DNA of 64,000 bases, from positions 25,012 to 89,011 of the forward strand of contig CAZWPK010000004.1 in the NCBI GenBank assembly GCA_964635905.1, read 5' to 3'. Positions 58,544 to 64,000 of the stretch are shown piece by piece; the stretch's first letter is position 1; every line of letters begins with the position of its first letter. The DNA is from an uncultured Pseudomonadales bacterium (GTDB lineage Bacteria > Patescibacteriota > Microgenomatia > UBA1400 > UBA12028). The position numbers and the translations under genes were made by a program. Under the pieces are notes generated by a model, which saw only the letters and a list, made by a program, of their open reading frames with translations, was not told the DNA's origin and did no database searches.

Positions 58544-58834
58544 ATGGGAGAAACTCTAAGTAAAGTCGAACTTTTAGAAGTTTTTCATATGGAGCATGTA
58601 GATCGTTTGTGGGGTACTAACACACCTGGATATATTGTAACTTTGGCAACAGCTGGAAAAAACGGAGAAACATTGTATCTGAATGATTCTGCTTTTGCCA
58701 AACAGAACTTAGCAGGAATTGAGCGTAGCAATAGAGGAGATGTAATTAGGCTTACTGCTATACGTGATGCAGACGGAAAATTACTAGATATTGCAGACTT
58801 TATGGCACTTTATAGAGGCGTAGATAGAGATTAA
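58544..58834 (+). CDS. Orphan protein (possible OB fold) between rplX and rplE
   Basis: 96 aa; fills the gap with 4-nt spacers on both sides. Confidence 0.7.
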   Translation: MGETLSKVELLEVFHMEHVDRLWGTNTPGYIVTLATAGKNGETLYLNDSAFAKQNLAGIERSNRGDVIRLTAIRDADGKLLDIADFMALYRGVDRD

Positions 58835-58838
58835 GTTT

Positions 58839-59399
58839 ATGAACCGATTACAAGAAAAATACCAAACTACAGTCATTGACCAACTCGAAAAAGAGTTTAA
58901 CAAGACAAATCGTATGGCGGTTGCAAAACCAACCAAGATTGTCGTTAATGTCGGAGTGTCAAAAAAAGAAAACGCAGATACCAGTAAAGCAATTGAAGCT
59001 TGGGTCCAACAATTTACAATTATTGCTGGTCAAAAACCAAAGATCTCTAAAGCCAAGAAATCGATCGCTGGATTTAAGATGCGACAGGGAGATCCAGTGG
59101 GTGTCACTGTTACTTTGCGTGGAGTCCGCATGTGGGAATTCTTGGATAAGTTGATTGCAATCGTTTTGCCCCGTGTCAAAGATTTCCAAGGGGTGAAGAA
59201 AAGTAATATGGATAGTGTCGGAAACTACAACTTAGGGCTTACCGAACAAATCGTGTTCCCTGAAATCAACTACGACATGATTCATAAAGTAGCTGGCTTA
59301 CAGGTCACAATCGTCAACAAAGCGGACAACCGAGCTGAAGCATTAAAGATGCTTGAATTATTAGGGATGCCGTTTGAAAAAGAAGAAGAGAAGAACTAA
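58839..59399 (+). CDS. rplE: 50S ribosomal protein L5
   Basis: 'KIVVNVG', 'IAGQKP', 'VTLRG', 'LPRVKDF', 'FPEI'. Confidence 0.99.
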   Translation: MNRLQEKYQTTVIDQLEKEFNKTNRMAVAKPTKIVVNVGVSKKENADTSKAIEAWVQQFTIIAGQKPKISKAKKSIAGFKMRQGDPVGVTVTLRGVRMWEFLDKLIAIVLPRVKDFQGVKKSNMDSVGNYNLGLTEQIVFPEINYDMIHKVAGLQVTIVNKADNRAEALKMLELLGMPFEKEEEKN

Positions 59400-59402
59400 T
59401 CT

Positions 59403-59594
59403 ATGGCAAAATTAAGCAAAATCAATAAAACCATTCGACAAAATGCAAAAGGCTTTTCAAGCCGACGCAAGAACCGTTGTAACCTCTGCGGTCGCCCCCG
59501 TGGATTCATGCGTTACTTTGGAATCTGTCGTCTGTGTTTTCGAGAATTAGCAGCAAAAGGTGAACTACCAGGTGTAACAAAGGGAAGTTTCTAA
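59403..59594 (+). CDS. rpsN: 30S ribosomal protein S14 (Zn-binding type)
   Basis: 'RCNLCGR', 'CRLCFRE', 'GELPGV'. Confidence 0.97.
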   Translation: MAKLSKINKTIRQNAKGFSSRRKNRCNLCGRPRGFMRYFGICRLCFRELAAKGELPGVTKGSF

Positions 59595-59603
59595 AAAAAA
59601 TGT

Positions 59604-59996
59604 ATGATTACTGATCCAATCGCAGACATGCTCACCAGAATCAAGAATGCCTATATGGCTCGCAAAGAATCGGTTATTATGCCGTATTCTAAAGTCAAAG
59701 AGTCCATTGCCAAGGTACTAATTGAACACAAGTACATCAAAGATGCACAGATGCAGGAGATTGAAGGAAAAAAGAATCTCATGGTTACCTTATCCTATAT
59801 GGGTAAAACACCTGCAATGACCGATGTAAAACGGGTGAGTAAACCAGGACTACGAAGATATTCTGGAGTTGATACCATCAAGCGCACATTGGGTGGATAT
59901 GGAATAACCATTGTTTCTACCAGCCAAGGTGTGATGGACGATAAATCAGCCAAAAAGAAAAACATTGGAGGCGAAGTACTTTGCCAAGTGTGGTAA
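59604..59996 (+). CDS. rpsH: 30S ribosomal protein S8
   Basis: 'DPIADMLTRIKNA', 'SKPGLR', 'STSQG', 'GGEV'. Confidence 0.99.
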   Translation: MITDPIADMLTRIKNAYMARKESVIMPYSKVKESIAKVLIEHKYIKDAQMQEIEGKKNLMVTLSYMGKTPAMTDVKRVSKPGLRRYSGVDTIKRTLGGYGITIVSTSQGVMDDKSAKKKNIGGEVLCQVW

Positions 59997-60008
59997 AAAG
60001 GAATACCT

Positions 60009-60269
60009 ATGAATAGTTCAGAATTTTCACCCAAAAATGTAGAAGAAAGTCGTGAAACACTTGTTGATTGGGCAGAGGAAGTTGCTACAAGAGAAATTGA
60101 AACGGGAACCGAAATTAGTAGTGGATTGCTTATTCAAAATGAAATCGCGTGGATCATTAACGTGCTAGCTGCGGACGAATACAAGTTTGAAGGGTACTCA
60201 CTCACCAAAGAGGAGCGAGAATCATATGAACAAAGAATAAATCAGTTATATGAGATATGGGGAATGTAA
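60009..60269 (+). CDS. Orphan acidic protein between rpsH and rplF
   Basis: 86 aa; AAGGA SD; Glu-rich and helical. Confidence 0.7.
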   Translation: MNSSEFSPKNVEESRETLVDWAEEVATREIETGTEISSGLLIQNEIAWIINVLAADEYKFEGYSLTKEERESYEQRINQLYEIWGM

Positions 60270-60284
60270 TTAAAGAAATAATGT

Positions 60285-60836
60285 ATGTCAAAAATCGGAC
60301 GTCAAATTATTGAAATACCAGCGGGAGTCACCATTACGGTTGCTTCCAATACCATTACGGTCAAAGGTCCAAAGGGAGAACTGTCAACTCCTACAATGCC
60401 AGGGATTACACTGACGGTTGCAGATGGCAAAGGAACTATCACTCGAAACAGTGATCTACCTCCTATGCGCGCTGCACATGGATTGATCCGTTCCTTGGTT
60501 GCCAACATGGTCAAAGGGGTTACCGAAGGCTTTGAGAAGCGTTTGGAAATGGTTGGAACCGGATATCGTGTTACCGCCAAAGGCCAAGGGATTTCGCTCT
60601 CTGTGGGTTTTTCCCATCCAGTCGATGTGGTTCCCCCAAAGGGCATTACCTTTACAGTAGAGGGTAACAACAAGATCATTGTCAAGGGAATTGATAAAGG
60701 ACTAGTTGGACAAATTGCTTCCAACATTCATGAAGTCCGACCTCCTGAGCCCTATAAAGGCAAAGGAATTAAGTACGAAAACGAGATTATTCGACGTAAA
60801 GCAGGGAAAGCAGCCAAAGCTGCAGGATCTAAGTAA
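60285..60836 (+). CDS. rplF: 50S ribosomal protein L6
   Basis: 'MSKIG', 'VKGPKG', 'GFSHP', 'RPPEPYKGKGI'. Confidence 0.99.
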   Translation: MSKIGRQIIEIPAGVTITVASNTITVKGPKGELSTPTMPGITLTVADGKGTITRNSDLPPMRAAHGLIRSLVANMVKGVTEGFEKRLEMVGTGYRVTAKGQGISLSVGFSHPVDVVPPKGITFTVEGNNKIIVKGIDKGLVGQIASNIHEVRPPEPYKGKGIKYENEIIRRKAGKAAKAAGSK

Positions 60837-60844
60837 TAAATTGT

Positions 60845-61201
60845 ATGAAAGTGAACCATAACATCACCACCAAAGAACGCCGTACGATTCGAGTTCGTAG
60901 TAAAGTACGGGGCACAGCCGAGCGCCCGCGCTTGACGGTCTATCGTTCCAACGAAACTACGTATATACAGGCAATCGATGACACGCTCGGAAACACCTTA
61001 AGTGCTGCCAATGCCAAAATGAAAAAGCTTAAAAAAGAATTAACGAAGCTTGAAGAAGCAATTGAACTTGCCAAAGTGTTAGCTTCTGATTTAAAGAAAA
61101 AAGGAATTACTAAATTAGTGTTTGACCGTGGAAGCTACCGCTACCATGGACGCGTAAAAGCCATTGCTGATACCGTTCGTGCGCAAGGTATTGAAATGTA
61201 A
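60845..61201 (+). CDS. rplR: 50S ribosomal protein L18
   Basis: 'RPRLTVYRSN', 'VFDRGSYRYHGRV'. Confidence 0.98.
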   Translation: MKVNHNITTKERRTIRVRSKVRGTAERPRLTVYRSNETTYIQAIDDTLGNTLSAANAKMKKLKKELTKLEEAIELAKVLASDLKKKGITKLVFDRGSYRYHGRVKAIADTVRAQGIEM

Positions 61202-61210
61202 GAAAAACCT

Positions 61211-61939
61211 ATGGATAAAAAACGTTTTGAACGCAACCAAGAACCAAAAGAATTTGACGAGAAAGTCGTCCAAGTTAGTCGTGTTTCTAAAAAGACAAAA
61301 GGTGGAAACAAAATGGGATTTTCAGTGCTCATGGTTGTGGGAGACAAAAAAGGTCGTGTCGGAGTGGGACTTGGTAAGGCCAAGGACGTCCTCTCTGCCA
61401 TCCGTAAGGGTGTAAAGAAAGCAAAGCGCAAACTTATTAGTATCCCAATGAATGGAACTACCATTCCGTTCCCCATTGAAGTGAAGTTGGGAGCCGCCAG
61501 TGTCTTGCTTAAACCCGCTCCAAAGGGAAGTGGAATTATTGCTGGTGGTCCTATCCGCAGTGTCGTGAATGCTGCAGGAATTCGCGATATCAGTAGTAAG
61601 ATCAAAGGTTCCAACAACAAAGCCAGTAATGTGTATGCAACTTTTGAAGCCCTAAAGCAAATTACTCGACTTGTTGAACACAAGGGCATTAAATTAAAGT
61701 CTGTTGTTCAAGTGGAGGAAGAAGAGAAACAGAAGTTAAGAGAATTAGATAAGAAGGCAGCCAAACCACAAGTTGAAGAAAAGAAAACAGCGCAGCCAAC
61801 TGCTCATCGACGTCCGGCTCCTGCTCGACGACCCGCCAAAGAGGCAGTCAAAAAAGAAGTAGCCCCAGTAGAAGCAAAAGCGGTAAGAGAGCAGCCAAAA
61901 GAAGAAGTGAAGGTTGAAGAAACTAAGAAGTCAGAATAA
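61211..61939 (+). CDS. rpsE: 30S ribosomal protein S5 with a long charged C-terminal tail
   Basis: 'RVSKKTKGG', 'VVGD..GRVGVG.GKA', 'KPAPKGSGIIAGG'. Confidence 0.98.
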   Translation: MDKKRFERNQEPKEFDEKVVQVSRVSKKTKGGNKMGFSVLMVVGDKKGRVGVGLGKAKDVLSAIRKGVKKAKRKLISIPMNGTTIPFPIEVKLGAASVLLKPAPKGSGIIAGGPIRSVVNAAGIRDISSKIKGSNNKASNVYATFEALKQITRLVEHKGIKLKSVVQVEEEEKQKLRELDKKAAKPQVEEKKTAQPTAHRRPAPARRPAKEAVKKEVAPVEAKAVREQPKEEVKVEETKKSE

Positions 61940-61952
61940 GACAAAGGAATGT

Positions 61953-62390
61953 ATGTTGCACAACTTATTAAAGATTACCAGTCGAGCTAAAAAACGCCTT
62001 GGTCGTGGAGGCGGATCTGGAAAAGGTTTTCATACCGTCGGTCGTGGAACAAAGGGACATACATCAAGAGAAGGTGGAACGATTCCATTGTGGTTTGAAG
62101 GTGGACAGTTACCCTTAATTAAGCGATTGCCATATCTTCGTGGAAAAGATCATTTTGATTCCGTTAATACCAAACCCGTTGCAATTGATTTATCGCGCAT
62201 TGCTCGATTAACTGGACAAGATATTACCCCAGAAACGTTAGTCGCAGCCGGATTAATCAAATCGGTATATCTTCCCGTGAAGTTAGTGGGATCTGCAAAA
62301 CTGACAAGCGTTGGTGAAGTTCGTGGTGTGGCCGCTTCTGCATCTGCACGTAAAGCCTTAGAAGAGGCAGGAGCCCGATTGTCTATCTAA
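61953..62390 (+). CDS. rplO: 50S ribosomal protein L15
   Basis: 'RLGRGGGSGKG', 'FEGGQLPL..RLP'. Confidence 0.97.
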   Translation: MLHNLLKITSRAKKRLGRGGGSGKGFHTVGRGTKGHTSREGGTIPLWFEGGQLPLIKRLPYLRGKDHFDSVNTKPVAIDLSRIARLTGQDITPETLVAAGLIKSVYLPVKLVGSAKLTSVGEVRGVAASASARKALEEAGARLSI

Positions 62391-62455
62391 ATTAGCAGTA
62401 CAAAAGTCTTTCTGCTACAATGGACCTTCGGTTTTACAAGATTGAAAAAACGATC

Positions 62456-63730
62456 ATGCGCTCTTTTTTCTCACAATTTTTTTCCAATAAAGAACTACTC
62501 CGACGTGTTGGATTTACTTTAGTCATTTTTGCCGTATTTCGATTGTTTGCACACCTACCTGTTCCTGCTGTAGATATTGATCAGCTCAAAAGCTTCTTTG
62601 GTGGAAACCAATTGTTAGGCTTGTTAAACATTTTTTCAGGTGGAACTTTAGCGAATTTCTCAGTAATGGCGATTGGAATCAATCCGTATATTACGGCTTC
62701 GATTGTCATTCAATTGGCAACGATGTTGATTCCAAAGTTAAAGGAACTCTCTAAAGACGGGGAGAGTGGGCGTGAAGTGATTAATCAATACACCCGCTTC
62801 CTTTCCCTCCCGCTAGCAGTACTTCAGAGTATCTCTGTTCTTGTCTTATTAAACAGCCAAGGTTTGATTCTGACCTCTGATCCACTAAAGATCGTGGCGA
62901 TGATCTTTACCTTAGTGGCGGGAACCATGATTTTAATGTGGCTAGGAGAATTGATTACGTTGTACGGAATTGGGAATGGAATCTCCATGGTCATTTTTGC
63001 CGGAATCGTCGGACAATTGCCTCTGACAGCAATTCAAACCGTCTCTATTTCTCAGACGGCACTACTCCAGACAGGGCTCTTTGCTCTGTTAGCAGTCGTG
63101 GTGATTGCCAGCATCGTGGTGATGACAGAAGCTGTGCGGCGGGTACATTTGCAGTCCGCTCGTCGTTCTCGTGGGTCCTCTGACTATGGAGTTACCAGTA
63201 CCTATTTGCCCCTACGCATCAATCAAGCGGGAGTGCTTCCCATCATGTTCGCAGTTTCCTTAGTGTTGATTCCATCTTTTGGAGCCCGATTATTGGTTCA
63301 ACTGCCCAATGAGCAGATCAAACAGGCTGCGACTTGGTTGATCGCTAATTTCATTCCTGGTAGTACTTGGTATGAAATCACCTACTTTTTTATGGTCTTT
63401 GCCTTTACCTATTTTTCGACCGCCGTTTTCTTTGATCCGGAGGATTTGGCAGAGGAACTCAAGAAGAGTGGAGCCTATGTTCCGGGCGTTCGACCAGGAA
63501 AACCAACTGCTGAACTCATCACCCGCATCATTACCCGGATTACCTTAGCAGGTGCAATCTATTTAGGCATCATTGCCATCTTGCCATCGATTGCCAGTAA
63601 ACTGACCGATAATCCAGGACTAACCATTGGAGGAACAGGATTGTTGATCGTCGTTTCTGTCGTGTTGGAAACTGTCAAACAAGTGCAGGCATTACTGGTA
63701 ACACAAAATTACGATAAGTTTGCAGAATAA
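62456..63730 (+). CDS. secY: Preprotein translocase SecY
   Basis: '[10 protein letters not shown]', 'GIGNGIS', 'GVLPIMFA', 'VPGVRPG', 'GGTGLLIVV'. Confidence 0.98.
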   Translation: MRSFFSQFFSNKELLRRVGFTLVIFAVFRLFAHLPVPAVDIDQLKSFFGGNQLLGLLNIFSGGTLANFSVMAIGINPYITASIVIQLATMLIPKLKELSKDGESGREVINQYTRFLSLPLAVLQSISVLVLLNSQGLILTSDPLKIVAMIFTLVAGTMILMWLGELITLYGIGNGISMVIFAGIVGQLPLTAIQTVSISQTALLQTGLFALLAVVVIASIVVMTEAVRRVHLQSARRSRGSSDYGVTSTYLPLRINQAGVLPIMFAVSLVLIPSFGARLLVQLPNEQIKQAATWLIANFIPGSTWYEITYFFMVFAFTYFSTAVFFDPEDLAEELKKSGAYVPGVRPGKPTAELITRIITRITLAGAIYLGIIAILPSIASKLTDNPGLTIGGTGLLIVVSVVLETVKQVQALLVTQNYDKFAE

Positions 63731-63733
63731 GGC

Positions 63734-63793
63734 GAGCTTCAATATTTAACGGTCTAAATAGGTCATCTATTTAGAGGGTTGAGTGTTGAACTC
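63734..63793 (+). other. 60-nt long hairpin between secY and adk
   Basis: TTCAATATTTAAC/GTTGAGTGTTGAA, GG/GG internal loop, TCTAAATAG/CTATTTAGA. Confidence 0.7.
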
Positions 63794-63840
63794 AAATTAT
63801 TTTTATACAGAGGGGAAGTTTTATTTAACTTACCGTTCTT

Positions 63841-64000
63841 ATGAAACTTATCTTAATTGGTATCCAGGGTGCTGGAAAATCGACGCAAGGAAATTTGTTA
63901 TCCAAAGCGTTAAGTGTTCCGTATCTTTCTAGCGGTCATATTTTCCGTGAGATGACCAAAGAGAAAACCCAACTGGGCAGATTCTTGAAAGAAACGCTCA
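63841..64000 (+). CDS. adk: Adenylate kinase (truncated by the window end)
   Basis: 'MKLILIGIQGAGKSTQ..YLSSGHIFRE' after secY. Confidence 0.9.
   Translation, partial: MKLILIGIQGAGKSTQGNLLSKALSVPYLSSGHIFREMTKEKTQLGRFLKETL

Noticed and set aside
61939-61953. rpmD (L30) missing between rpsE and rplO
   Set aside because: Real, but an established CPR trait; used only as a taxonomic clue.

Overview
Chromosomal segment of a Patescibacteria/CPR bacterium, most consistent with the Microgenomates group (inferred from rpmD missing from the spc operon, a short AlaRS without C-Ala, split transketolase, and typical CPR envelope genes). 1-25 kb is a mixed accessory region: glycan genes, tRNA-Thr/Gly, an orphan GAF histidine kinase abutting a P-loop orphan, three divergent receiver-like paralogues, an IS200-type element, CIRCE-controlled hsp20 and groESL, a Cys-repeat pilin and two CAU tRNAs. 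25-39 kb holds division and envelope genes (ftsB-like, xer, ftsK, rodZ-like, alaS, sortase, yqgF, mltG) and a VKOR-dihydroorotate dehydrogenase fusion. 39-64 kb holds rpoBC and the str/S10/spc operons up to a partial adk. Best leads: (1) structured terminator-containing leaders before rplC, rpsL and rpoB, the rplC one with a terminator/antiterminator switch; (2) the VKOR-PyrD fusion; (3) three charge-reversed pseudo-receivers near an orphan kinase; (4) orphan ORFs inside ribosomal operons; (5) an unconventional initiator tRNA with many leaderless-type promoters. All calls come from reading motifs by eye; no searches or folding programs were run.
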